The position numbers and the translations under genes were made by a program. The notes below the pieces were generated by a model, which searched no databases, had not been told where the DNA came from, and was given only the letters and a program-made list of their open reading frames with translations. A DNA stretch of 64,000 nucleotides from the human T2T-CHM13v2.0 reference genome, Homo sapiens. This document shows positions 39,303-52,789 of this stretch, piece after piece. Where the stretch lies: NCBI RefSeq assembly GCF_009914755.1, contig NC_060940.1, one strand, 5' to 3'. Numbering within the stretch: position 1 is the stretch's first letter; every line of letters starts with the position of its first letter.

Positions 39303-40607
39303 GTCTGTACCGTCGTCACCTTGCTGCCCCCACATCTTAGAGATCACGCCTCCTATCTGTGTGCCATTTGCAGCTCAGGGTGGCCCTGTGGTCTCATGGA
39401 GGGATGTGGAGGAGGAGTGAGGGGCATGGTGTGGCAAGGAGGTGCTCCTTTGAATGGCACTCTGCCCTCTCCACTGAGCGATCCTGGGGTGCTTCTCTGT
39501 GCCTCAACTTCCCCATGTGTACAGTGGGGGTGCAGAATCAGTACCCTCATCAGGTGATTGTCGGGAGGGTAAAGGAACTTAACCTCATGTACCTTGGAGT
39601 ATGTTCCAAGGATGGTCCCTGAGCGCTGGCTAGAGACACAGAGTCTGAGGCCCTGCTCCAGCCACAAGATCCGAACCTGCATCTTAGCAAGGTCCCTGGG
39701 GATCTGTGTACAGGTTTTGAGACACGCTGACTTTCCGCACACTAAGTGCTCAGGATGGCAGCTGCACACACTAAGTGCTGCCTGTTAGCTTTCGTTACGC
39801 TGTAGGGAGGATGTGTAGGATACCAGCCTGGGTGTCTCCTGGAGGGTTAGGATGGCGTCTCCCTTCTCCACGTCCCCATGCTCTCTGCTCCTCTCCCTGT
39901 AGCAGCACAGCCCGAGATAGTGTCAGGTCTCAGCTGCCACTGGCCTGAGAACTGCCAGAGGAGGGGCCTGGAAGGGCGGGTGCAGGGGTATGTGTGAGCT
40001 CAGGGGCATAAGCCCTGAGGAATCCCCCTAGTGAGGAGGTGTGAGGCCGCGGTTATCACCCCTGAGCAGGCAGAGCGGCACAGAAGTGCGTCCTGCAATG
40101 TACATTCCCGGGCCTACCTCACATCCTCTGATTCCATGGGTCTGAGGCGGGGCCCAAGATTCTACATTTCTAATGAGCTCCCAGGGAAGGCGACTGCTGC
40201 CGGTCCACCGGCCCACTTTGAGACCCTTTCAGTTGGCTGTCAGAGATTCGGGTGAGGGCTGCAGCCCTCCCTGGGTGTCCTCAGGTCGGGGTTGCCAACT
40301 CAGTTGCCTCCAAGGGCCAGGCAGGTAAGAGCAATGCACGAATTGAGAGATAAGAGAGAGCACTGGGCAGCTGTGCCCATGGAGAGGCGTTCAAACGAGG
40401 CATTAAAATCCCGGCAACAACCTGGAATGGCCAAACGAACAGCTCCTTGCTTGGAATTTGGCCCAAGGGCCACCAGTTTGAGATCCCATGGTGCCCTGGC
40501 CTAAATGCTACAAGCCCTGGGCCTCCTGATCCCCCAGCCCTGCTGCTGCGGGAGTTGGAGGTCATCTCGGCCTTGCTTGCAAACACCCTCTGCCTGTGTC
40601 ATTCCAG

Positions 40608-41079
<472 letters not shown>

Positions 41080-41604
41080 TCATGTAAGGATCAAGTTTTG
41101 GGCTGGAGAAGAGGACACAAGGACAAGTTTCCACCTGTGTAGGAGGCAGGCCTGGGCAAGACCTTCAATATGCGGGAAGCGGATTCTTGCCATCTCCGAG
41201 CCATCTTCTGGTGTCTGGGACGCGCACAGTCTGTGTGTGTGTGTTTTCTTTTTTCTTTTTTGGTTTTTAAATCTAAGCCTCTTCTCCAGAAAGATTCTAC
41301 CTGTTCAGTTGCCCGAAGGTCTAAGTGACAGATTAGGGCATTGCCAGCCCTTATTTCATGTAGTCAAGGGAATGAATCTCTAATGGTGGGATCCTGGGTG
41401 CTGGCTGTCCCAGCTGGGACAGTACTGGGGAGTATGGAACAGTTTTGGCAGGAGTACTGCTTGCCCTTCCTTGGCATTCTGGCTCATTCACTTGGGACTC
41501 ACGTGGCACTGGGGTCATCAGAGGACCTGGCTAGGGTCAAAGACAGTGCCCACCCCCTTTGGAGCCTCCGCCTCTGCCTCTGACTTTCTGCACCTCCCAT
41601 CTAG

Positions 41605-41781
41605 ATTGAGCAGCTGTATGTCCGGCAACTGGCAGAAGAGGCTGGGAAGAGCTGTGGAGCCGGCTCTGTGATGCAGGCCCCCGAGGAGCCGCCGCCAGAC
41701 CAGGTCTTCCGGATGTTTCCAGATATTTGTGCCTCACACCAGAGATCATTTTTCAGAGAAAACCAACAGATCACCGTCTAA
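41605..41781 (+). CDS. IRF8: IRF8 exon 9 CDS (to stop TAA)
   Basis: Acceptor CATCTAG|ATT; IEQLYVRQLAEEAGKSCG...ENQQITV; TAA 41779-41781. Confidence 0.97.
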   Translation: MEQLYVRQLAEEAGKSCGAGSVMQAPEEPPPDQVFRMFPDICASHQRSFFRENQQITV

Positions 41782-43105
41782 GTGCGTCGCTTGGGCGCCC
41801 CACCCCGTCTGCGTCCTGCATCCATCTCCCTGTTACAGTGGCCCGCATCATGATTAAAGAATGTGGATCCCTCTGTCTGGGGTGGGATGCCTTACTTTGC
41901 ACTTAATTTAATAAGGGCATTCTCGGAGGAGTAGACGTTTAATACGAAGTGGCGGCATAGCCCTGCCGAGATGTCGGTGATGGCCTGGATGCTGTAACCA
42001 CAACCTGTGGCTAAAAATTTTATTTTCTATCCTTTACCCGTCATTATCATTAGTTGCTATGATTCTTTCTGCATTTTCGGTTAACTATCATTTCCAAAGA
42101 CTTGTCATTCAGTAATATTAGCAGATAGCTGCTTCGATAAAGGAATTTGGAGTTTAAAAATCAACTTGTGAAAACAAGGTTGTTTTTGTCTTTATCGTTT
42201 GTTAGAGTTATAGATTTATGATTTCATAGGCTTGATTCTATGTGAAATATCTTTTTACTTTTATGCATTTTAATAAGATTTAAAAATATTTAGATTAAAG
42301 CCCCCTTTAATGAGTACAAGAAAAACTCTTGGCTTGTTAGAAGAAAGTATATTCTTTCTAGAATTTGGTGCAGGAATATGTGTTCATATCCAGGCAAACG
42401 GGTGTGTTTTTATCTTCAGACAATGAAACCTTCTCCTCTGGGGCTTTGTTGCCAGGAAGATTAGAACTAAATTTATTTTTTTCATTTCTGTCATGAAATC
42501 ATTCCAGATACCTCTTTTCTTCTTTCCAAATGGTTTTCACATGTGTTTGAAATATTTGTACTTCGAATTGTCGGATTTTCCATGTCCTCCTTTCTCCTTT
42601 GTGCCCAGCCTGAGTCAGCACCAATCCCGCATTCAGAACCTCCCAGTGAAAGGGCAGCCTTCATTTTGAGAAGGTGGAAGGTGTTAGGGTTTGGGAGACA
42701 GCTCATCCAATCTCCCAAGTCTCATGGTGGATTTGTGACTGTGAGAGTTTCCGGTTTAAAATCTGAAAAGCCAGATATGCCTGTTTCCTTTTCCCAGCAC
42801 CATGCCTGTGGAGGGGACAGTCAGACCCAGAGGTCCTTTACGTGTGGATGGAGTTCACAGGCGAATAGAGGAGAGGACCAGGGGACGTGGCTTGTCCCTT
42901 TTGTCCAACAAAGCATTATATTTTTAAGAATGGCAGACCTGTTTGCTGAAGTGTTCATAAGATAACAATAGGCTTGAATCTCCAATTCAAATGAATGTCA
43001 AAGCACATATCTTTAATATGCTGAATGAATATTTATTTTTGTATCCATTAAAACAGTATATTGATCTCTTTTATTCTTTATTAAAATAAAATGCTCTTTT
43101 TTAAA
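41782..43105 (+). other. IRF8: IRF8 3' UTR
   Basis: AU-rich, repeat-free stretch from the stop codon to the poly(A) site. Confidence 0.88.
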
Positions 43106-43130
43106 GCTGCTGTGTACTGTATTTTTTTAG
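43085..43130 (+). terminator. IRF8: Polyadenylation signal with downstream GU/U-rich element
   Basis: AATAAA 43085-43090 (ATTAAA also at 43047 and 43080), followed by TGTGTACTGTATTTTTTT. Confidence 0.85.
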
Positions 43131-43255
43131 TCACTGTCAAATATGATGTAATTCTCACCAGATTCTAGGTTCTGTAAAGGGGGAGTTACTGCTGCAATGT
43201 GCAGTGTTAATTCAGTGCACTGGACTGAAACAATATCGCACTGGGATTTTAAGGA

Positions 43256-43560
43256 TTTTTTTTTTTTTTTGAGACAAAGTCTTGCTCTGTCACCCAGGCT
43301 GAAGGGCAGTAGTACGATCTCGGCTCCCTGCAACTTCCACCTCCCAGGTTCAAGCGATTCTCGTGCTTCAGCCTCCCAAGTAGCTGGGATTACAGGCATA
43401 CGCTACCACATCTGCCTAATTTTTTTTTTAAAATTAGAGTTGTGATTTCACCATGTTGCCCAGGCTGGTATCGAACTTTTGGCCTCATGTGCTCTGCCCC
43501 AACCTCTCCCCCAGCCTCCCAAAGTGCTGGGTTTACAGGTGTGAGCCACCTCACCCAACT
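43256..43560 (-). mobile_element. Alu downstream of the poly(A) site
   Basis: Antisense Alu; TSD TTTTAAGGATTTTT. Confidence 0.88.
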
Positions 43561-44789
43561 CCTGTTTTAAGGATTTTTCTTTTTCAACCTATCCCTTAAA
43601 CAACAGCAAAAAGATACGGAGACTTAGACTGATCCTATGGAATGAAAACATTGGAGAATGTTTTTATTCCGAATGGGGGGCTGTTTGGGTTTCTGTGAGC
43701 TGACAGATGAGTGTGCGGAAGGGTGTGGAGGAAGTGGGGTCTTGTGCTGATTTCATCCTCCTGGATGCAGCTGGGGTGATTTGTACGAGGCGTCCCTGGT
43801 TGGGTCAGCCACACGTGGCTGGAGTGTGTGTCCTATTTACGCACATCTCGCTGTGCTAGGCCCTCAGGATACAGCAAGGACATGAGGGACCCAGGTTGGC
43901 AGTCACAGAGATGACTTCCAGCCTAGTAGGACATTCCCATCCATCAACACAACAAAACCCATCAATTCTGGGAGGTGCAGGGCTGGCCAACCCAGGTGGA
44001 GAGAAGTTCCCCAGCAAGCTTCATCCGCAAGGCCATGTCTGTTCTCTCCTCTGCCCTCATACGAGCCCAGTGAGACTGGGCCTGTTCTTCATTTCTAGCT
44101 TACAGATGAGGAAACTGAGGCACAGGCTCATGCGTGGCTGACTGAGAGCCATCTATGTCCCAGGAGGACAGCTTCGCCTGAGAGGCTTCATGAGCAGATC
44201 TCGCTGCCATCCTTGAGCTGGTGGGCTTCCTAACACCCCACGCAAGAGGTCAGCAGCTGGGTGCGTCGCTCACTGTCTTAGGCATCTTTGCCATGAGTCA
44301 CACTAATGTCCGCACGCTGCAAGTAGGAATTTTGTTTACAAGCAAGCTCTTCTCCATCCTGTGGATTCAAGGCCAAATGTGGAAAGTTGATATCGTCTGT
44401 TGTCTCCCCAGAGTTCAACGCTCTCGTGCAGACGGTCGACAAATCCTTCCTACTCAACTTCTTGCAGCAAGCTCGGGGAGAGGCGGGAGAGGGGAGTGTT
44501 TTCATTTGCAGAGGAGGAAATTTGGGAACAGGATGCTTCTTTAAGAAGTCGGGTTTCTAGAGAATGCTGTGAGGGCCCTGGATGTGAACTGACTTTTGAG
44601 ATGCTGACCCCACACTGGCCAGTTAGCTCTGGGCCCTGGAGGGAAGCTGGTGGGGATGGGCTGACGGGACATCCTGAAAAACAAGCCATCTCCACTCTTG
44701 GTAGTTTAAAAATGTTTTAAGAAGTTAAGGTATTTCAACAATTCCTTTCTGAGTGATTGCCACTTAGTTCATTAACTTTTGCAAAATCC

Positions 44790-45062
44790 CACTTTGGGAG
44801 GCCAAGACAGGTGGGTCACTTGAGGTCTGGAGTTCGAAACCAGCCTGGCCAACATGATGAAGCTCTGTCTCTACTAAAAACAAAAACAAAAACAAAACAC
44901 AAAAATTAGCCAGGTGTGGTGGCAGGCACCTGTAATCCCAGCTACTTGGGAGGTTGAGACAAGAATCACTTGAACCCAGTGGGGTGGAGGTTGCAGTGAG
45001 CCGAGATCACACCACTGCACTCCAGCCTGGGTGACAGAGTGAGACTCTGTCTCAGAAAAAAT
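44790..45062 (+). mobile_element. AluS (5'-truncated)
   Basis: CACTTTGGGAGGCC...GAGACTCTGTCTC; flanking GCAAAATCC repeat. Confidence 0.88.
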
Positions 45063-47559
45063 GTGCAAAATCCATCTGGGACACAACATTTTTGCTTGCC
45101 CTCGTAATGTCCAGAAGGCTGGAGATGATGACCCCTGGGTCCAAGCATCCTCAGGATCCGGTGGGTCCTAGAAATCCTGGGAAAATCTTCCTGAAAGGGC
45201 TTCACCGGGCAGCCACCCATGCCTGCCACAGGGACACTTTCTCTCCATAAAGAAGCAGCTGTGGGAATCAGGAAGAAATGACTCCTGTGCATGATTCAGA
45301 CTCTCCATAATAGAAAGTTTTGCAACCCAATGACTCGGAAATGTTTAGAAATTCTAAAGAATAATCTATAATTAATGACTGTAATTTTAACAACCCAGTG
45401 GGCTGAGAGTGGGGTGTGGCAGTTTCTCAGTGGAAAATCTGGCTGCTTTTACTACAAGTAGGAGGAGAATGACAAATATCCTGGCCCCAGGGCACACCTG
45501 ATCTCAGGCTTTCTCTTCAAGCACACCGTTCATTAATCTGTTAAAAGGCCTAGCTCATGGTAAGAAGCCCATTTAAACCAGCATTTCCCAAACTTATTTG
45601 ACTTGACGTTTTGCCTTGCAGCGTGTCTGTGGATGAGAGGTGCCCACAAGCGTTCAGTCTTTTATCACAATCCGACTGGAACATCTTAGGAGTTGAGAAG
45701 AGTGTGTACATTATTTCTTTCCTATTTTCTTTGGGCTACCTTTCAGTCTGGATGGAGTCTGCCAGGGATGGGGATGGCTTCAGTCTCCTCTTTATATGTA
45801 ACTAACTATTCCTAAACTTAGTGGTATAAAAAACGCTTTATTTTGTGGGTCAAAATTTAGACAGGGTACAGTGGTGTTGGCTTTTCTCTGCTCTGCAATG
45901 TCTGGAATGTTAGCTGGGAACAGCTGAGAGTGACTTGAAGTCCTGCAGATAGAACCACCTGGAAGCTTTTTCATTCACATGTCTGGTGCTTGGGCTGGAA
46001 GGAGGTGAGGCTGGGCACAGTTGGGATACCGATGAGAATATTGACTTTGGCCTCTCTATGGAGTTTGGGCTTCCTCACAATATGGCAGCGTCAGGGCAGT
46101 CCCGTGGACACAGGGGAAGCTGAATGGCTGTTTGTGACCCAGCCATCACTCAACTGGACAAACAAGCCCTCCTAGGTTCAAGAGGAATGGACAGAAACAC
46201 CACCTCTTGAGGAAGAAGTGTCCAGGAATTTGCAGCCATGCTTTCAACCTGCCACGGGAGCCCCGAAGCCTCTCCTTTGCTGCAATCCCACCTGCCTTTT
46301 ATCCCCCTGACCTCTCCTTGGGCATCCTGATTCCTTTCTGACCCTATTCCTTGAGTCCCAGGCAGATGGGCCTTTTCCTCACTTTGTCTTGGGAGTATGG
46401 CAGTGGACTCTGCCTACTTCATAATGGAGCCTTTTTCTTGTCCATTTTGATGACCTCTCAGAGCAGGGCTCTGACACGTTACTGGGTTACAAAGACCCCT
46501 CCCTGCCAGGGCCAGCGTGCAGCACAGTGTGCTTTTGAGTTCCGGTGAACGGGGTGCTCTGGCTGGAGCCTAGTGCGAAGTTTCCCCTTCTCCGCCCATT
46601 CCTCATCCCTCAGGGCACACAGGTCACCTTTCCTCGCCTTCTCGTCCCCACCTCTAAGGCTTGGCCAAAGTTTCTTCATAAAAGCAAGAAAGATAACGAA
46701 AGAGCCCCCCATGGGTTATGGTTTTTGTGGGGCCAGGAATGCCCAGTTTGAACCTCCAGTTCCGCCACCTGTAGCCGAGTGAAAGAGGCTGGGTTATTCA
46801 GACACCCCAAGCCTCAGTTTCCCCACTTGTTGTGAGGCTTGAGTGTGCTAACACATCAAGGCAACCCAGAACAGCGCTTGGCAGAGACTCGCAGTTTATC
46901 ACTGTGAACTGTCGTTATTGGAAAGTGGGTGGAGTCGGGTTTGGATTCCCCCAGGAGCAGAGACAGAAACAAAAGGATTCAAGGTAAGCGGCCTGTATGG
47001 GAGGTGATCTCAGAAGTGCTGGGAGGGGAAGGGGACCTGTGGCTTTAATGGTGACCCTGTGCTACTGGAGGCCTGGGATCTCTGAGGAATGCTGAGGCCC
47101 AAGCCCTGCAGAGCCAGCCCCGGGTTGTTAATTACTTGGCACTTTCCTCTTGCCTTATGTGCAGGGGTGGGCTCAGGCGACTGAAGTCTCAGACACTGCT
47201 GCAGGTGCTGGCAGGGGGAGTCACAGCTGCATAAACTGGAATGGGGCAGGTGGGGTGGGGCGGGTAAGGGGTTGTGTTTGCTTCGGAGAGGGTTTGTCAG
47301 CACTTTGAAGGAAAATTTGTGTAGTGGCCGGAACCACAGATGACCCAGGGTTTGTGTTCCAGCCCAGGGATCATTAGCTGTGTGCGTCACTTAAACTTTC
47401 TGTTCCTCAGTTTCTTCATCTGTAAAAAAGGGGCAATAATGTTACCTATTGGGAGGATTAAATGACTTAATAAGTATGAGGGGCTTAGAACAGTGCCTGG
47501 CACGCAGTACATACTAAGAAAGTGGATTTGCACATATCATTAATGCCTCCCTCCCTTTC

Positions 47560-47890
47560 TTTCTTTCTTGTTTATTTATTATTAAATAGTTATAAGTATA
47601 AATAATTACAATAATTTATGTCAACGAACTATAGTGTCAACAATAACTATAGGTAATTATTTAATAATTAGTAATTATAAAATAATTGATACTAAATTAA
47701 CTATAGAATTATATAGTGCCAGAGTTGTTTGGCTATCTTTAATTATACATGTAGTTATTTAATTTCACAAATAGTTATATGAATTATGGAAGTGAAGGTA
47801 CGATGGTATAACTATACAATTATTAGATAACTTATCATAGTGGTATACATATTTATCATGCAGTTATTAAATAATTACAATGGAATGACT
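47560..47890. repeat. AT-rich low-complexity island
   Basis: Recurrent ATAATTA/TAGTTATA/AACTATA motifs within GC-rich surroundings. Confidence 0.75.
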
Positions 47891-50800
47891 TATTCGCTCT
47901 CTGCGTTTGTGCAAGGGCAAGGATGGCCACGTCCCAGCTCTATCCAGCCCCTGGCCCAGTGCCTGGGGTTCGGTGGCGCTCAGTTCACGCTTGCAGAGCG
48001 AGCGGCGGTGAGTGGATGCGGTGGGGTCGGGCTGTGGTGGTAAAGGTGGCCGTGAACAGGAGGGGCCACTAGAGCACACAGACGTGAATGACATGGGGCT
48101 CCAGGAGGGGCAGGAAGAGCTACAGAAACAGCATCCCCAAAGCTGCCTGGCACGGAAGAGGTGCTGCAGAAATGGGACTTCCCTTCCCATCCTCTTCTCC
48201 TGATAAACAACTGAAAACATAAGAGCGAGATCTTGGGGCTTCTGTGAGGTTAAATGAACGAACAAAAGTCTTACAGCGGAAATCACTGAGAATCTCCCCT
48301 CCCCTGTCTTCCAAGGAGAACATGATTGTGAGCCTGCTCCTCCCTTCCTGGGGGGGTTGCTTCCTGCTGGGGAGAGGCTAAGTTGAACTCTAGGATCAAG
48401 AAAGGGAAGGAGGCAGAGAAAGGTGAGAAAGGTGAGAAAGATGAGAAGGTGCTCGCATGGAGCGTCCGGGCAGTACCAGGCTGGCCCGAAGGAGGTGCGG
48501 ATGAGGGGGAAAGGCTGTTTACAGATGTGGTGGCTTCTCCGTGTGCATTCACCTCCTGGGTCTCAACTCGTGCAGATGGAGGGTCTGAGTTAATCTGAGG
48601 TTACATTTGTTTGCTCAGCTATGCTTTTTCAAGAGGCCATTCCTCTGAGACTGAGCCCCATGGCTCCTGGCTTTACATGAGTTACACGCATCTTCTTCTC
48701 CTTTTTTCTAAATAGTAAGGGGCAGAGAGAGTTAGAAATAAAAAGGAAAGCTGAAAACAAAAACCTCTCAGAAGAGACTCTGGCTGTTTTTTGTTTTTTT
48801 TTAATTTTTAAGTTTTTATTAATGCTCATCTTCCCTGAAGAGCCCTGGCTGTTTTCTTGACCAGCTTCTGGAGAGAAAAATCACAGTGCATTTGAGTAGC
48901 TCCAGATGTGATCTCCCCATTCAGCATTTCCCTTCCTGTAGCATCTGCCGAGCCTTCCTTCTGGCTTCTCTGCTCTCCGTGCCTGAAAGGAGACATTGAG
49001 CAATCCAGGCCAGTTCGAAATCCTGAGCCCAGAAATAAAGTGACTGTTGCTTTTGCGTCCTTGCACGTTTGCCCCGGCTCTCAGCAGAGGCAGAAGGTGA
49101 TGTTTGGAGGAAGCAGATGGCCCGGTCTACTGTACATTTCAGAACATTTCAACTGCAAGGCTGGCTGGGGCTATTGCATCACTGAGCCCGATAGGGCTGC
49201 AGGGCAGAGGCAGGGATCCCTGTGGGTGGAACTGCTGGGTGGCAGGACGGGGTGGGGGAGCTGAGGGTGGTGTTTGGAGAGGAGGGGGAGAAGGGGGAGA
49301 CAGTTTGGGGAACGTGCCTGAATTCCTACCCAGGTCCAGTGTGGGTTGATGCAAATGGTGCACACGGGCTGAGAGGTCAGCTAGATCTGGGTTCCGATCC
49401 CGACTCCTTACTGATGAGTTGTGTCCTTGGAAAATGACTTCTTCTCTTTGAATTTCAGTGTCCTTGACTATATACATGATGGATTCTTCCCACATCGCAT
49501 GGATGTTGTGGGGATTCATTGTCCTGACCTCCTGGGGTGTTGGTGAGGATTAAATGAAATCATGATTTCGTTTGACATGCTTGGACAAGAGCCCCACACA
49601 CTAGAAACCCTGGGTGTGTGTTAGCTGTTGGGAAGATTCTCCTGACCGTGATGATGGGAGAACTCGGCATAGCCCTGCGGGAGGAGTGTTGGTTCTCAAC
49701 AACTGCGGCTGTTTGGGGGTTGTTGGCTTGTACTCCCTCTTTGTAGAGGCTCCTCGCTCCTGGCTCAGGGCTGCTCCCAGGTGCACTTTCGGTGGCAAGG
49801 CATTCAATTGTACACGCTGACTCAGGCGTGGTGAAAGCCAGCTGGCCCTCTGGACCCTGGCCTTGGTCCTCAGCCCTATTGGTTGTCCCCGCTGCCCGGG
49901 ATTGGTTGGCCCACGGGGAGGGGCTCTCTGCCTAAGGATGGTCTCCCCAGCTCAGTGACAGAGGGATGCTTAAGCCACGCCACCACCTTCGTTCAACTGC
50001 CAGCATACCTGAGTGTTTGAGTCAGCCTCTCTCCCTGTGGCCCAGTGACATGGGCAGCAATGTGGGAGGCTGCCCAGTGGGTGGGGAGTCGATCAGACGG
50101 AGCGAAGAGATTTCTCGAAGGCCCTCTTCACCAGCGTAGCTTACGACAGTGCTGGAGCGCCTACCTGAGCAGACCACGCTCTAAGCTTGTTTTGCTGAAC
50201 ACCTTCCTATTGTCCCAGAATCCACCTGCTCTCCCAGGAAGACTGATCTCTTCCAGGGACCATAAGCAGCTTCCCCAACAGGTGCCCCAGCGGGAGACCA
50301 GAGGGAGGGAGGAGACAGGTCAGAGTGCCTACTCCCGTTTTCTCCCTGAGTCAACGTTGTTCCTCCTGAGGCACCGGCCCCCATACCGCCCTCCTCCTGG
50401 GCTCCAGCAGCCATGCTCTCTCCTGGCCCCCCTGGTCCCCTGCCTTTAGTGACAGCTTATCCTCGTTCCTGCTCTGTCTCCTTTGGTTCCCTTAGACCAG
50501 GTGTCAGCAAATCTGGCTTGCAGACCGAATCTGGCCACAGAGCTGCAACGACAGAATTCAGCGACTGCAGCAGAGGCCGTGCGGCCCCCCAGGCCGAAAA
50601 TATTCACTATCTGCCTCTTTCCAGCTTTCCAGAGAAAGTCTGTGACCTCTGTGTGAGACCCACCCACACCCATGAGATTAGTCCCTTTGCAAATCCCTTC
50701 CTTGAATTAACCTGTGTTGAGTGTGCCAATGGCTGTCTGGGACCTACCCGGCACGCATTCTATTATCCTGACGTCCTCTTAGCCTGGCAACATTCTCGTT

Positions 50801-51525
50801 CTCTCCATTTTGCAGATGGGAAAGCGGAGGCACAGGGAGGCTAAATAACTTTGATGAGATTAGGCACACAATCAGTAGGGGGAGGTCAGTTCCAGAGTCA
50901 AAGGCAGGTGCCACCAGCACCCCATGGCACTTCCTGTCCTGAGCTGCTCTTACTCGCTCTCGGGACGGTCATGCCAAGGAAGTCCCCTGTCCACAGCCGG
51001 GACGCCCTGGGTGGTGCTCGTGGCGGCAGGGCCAGTACTCGAATCAGTGTCCCTACTTTGCTTCTGTGCCCGGGTCCCCCTTGATTGACACACGACCTGT
51101 CATCTATTCTGGTCTCTGAAGGGCCTTTGTGCGCCTCTTCTGTGCTGCACGAGGCGCTGATTTTTACGGCCTGTCCTTTGCAGAGGAAGCTTCTCTCATG
51201 AATTTCTCAATTTTTGTGGCAAGGAGGGTCCCCAAAGCCTGGACATGTCAGCAACACTCCTGTCTTTTCCAAACCTCTCCACGCATCGCCACCAGGAAGC
51301 GGGGCAGCAGGCTGAAGCTGGGACCCTCACTCTGCCCCTTAGAATGTGAGCAAGGGAAAGTCCCAGAGCAGATCCCAGGGCACTACCGGGCCCTTCCCTC
51401 ATCTGTAAAGGAGCTCCTTCCTCCCAGGGCCAGAGGAGGCAGCGTGTGGTAAGTGCTGAGCAGGTGTAATTATACATTTAATTACTGCCCTCACTAAGGA
51501 AAGTGTGCAGCTGTGTCCACCGGTG

Positions 51526-51735
51526 GGTGGTTCTCAACCAGGGGTGGTTTGGCCTTTGGGACATCTGGCCATGTCTGGAGACATTTTTGGTTGCCATGAT
51601 GGAAAGCAGGTGCTACTGGCATCTAGCGGGTCAAGGCCAGGGACGCCGCTCGACACCCCATAGTGTAAAGGTTGGCCCTCACCTGCCCAGCTAGAAGGAT
51701 CCAACCCCGAATGTCAGAAGTGCTGGGTTAGAGGA
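51526..51735. mobile_element. MER20
   Basis: GTGGTTCTCAACC...TGTCTGGAGACATTTTTGGTTG...GCTACTGGCATCTAG. Confidence 0.75.
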
Positions 51736-52789
51736 AGGCCGGAGTGGCCGTCTGTCTTTGTGGAGGGAGGGCCTGTGTCTGTCTCGCTCACTGTCACATC
51801 TCCAACACGTAGTGCGGGTTTCACAAATGGTTCTTGACACATGGGCGTGTGCTGGCTGCCCACCGGAGCTGGTCAACACGGTTCCCACTTGTAAGGCAGG
51901 CAGTGACCTGTGCTGGACCTGACACGGGCTTCAGGGGCTCAGAGGATGGGGACGAGGGCTCCATAGAGTGGGGGGGTCAGCTCGTCCCTGATGGATAAGG
52001 AGGATGCTGGTGACCACCTCGGGCTGGGGCTTGGAGACTGGTTTGGGGTAGGTGGGAGATGGGGGTGTTCAGTGCCCCCAGGGTGGCAGATGGGGCTACG
52101 CTGAAGGTCTCCAGATGCTAATGGGGGCTTTTGTGCAGCCACTAGGAAAACAGTGATTCCAGACAGCTGTGCCTGCTCAGCCCGGGCAAGGCCACGAGAC
52201 TCAGCCAAGGAGCAGCTTCGCTCAGGGCGAGCCTGCTCTTCCGAAGGCCCGGGTGAAGGTGGGGACTTGGGCCTTTCTGAAACCTAAGGTCGTTCCTTCA
52301 AGGGTTCCTTTCATTTCCTGATTCTGATGTCAGCTGAGATCCTTTCTCTTCCTCTAAGGCAGGAAAACCTGTAGGGCCTAGAGGTCAACAGCAACTGCCC
52401 TCTGGGATGGCTGCCCCCTGCCCCAGCCGGGAGCGGGAAGGGCAACAGCACCGGAAGGCGGGAGGCAGGCAGTGGGTATGTGTGTGAGGGGGCTCTGCCC
52501 GCCTTTGCTGTGTCTGTGCCGTTTCAGGCAAGTCCCTTCAGCTCCCTGAGCCTCAGTTTCCTCACCTGGCAAATGGGGTGGGAAGACGCAATGTGATGTT
52601 TTCTTGCTAAAGAGCCTCAGCTGCTGCAGAATGGGCCTGGGGGAATCACCTCCTCCCCACCTTCCGCTTGGCCGGGCTGGCGCCTAACACGCTTAACTTC
52701 TCCCCTGCCAAGAGGAGACGCTGGTGGGAAGGCAGCCTGACTGCTGACATCAGCCCAATCTTGACTTCTAGGGTAAGCACCCTGCTTTT

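Noticed and set aside
38804-39319. 171-aa antisense ORF opposite exon 7
   Set aside because: Shadow of the GC3-rich codons of IRF8 exon 7.
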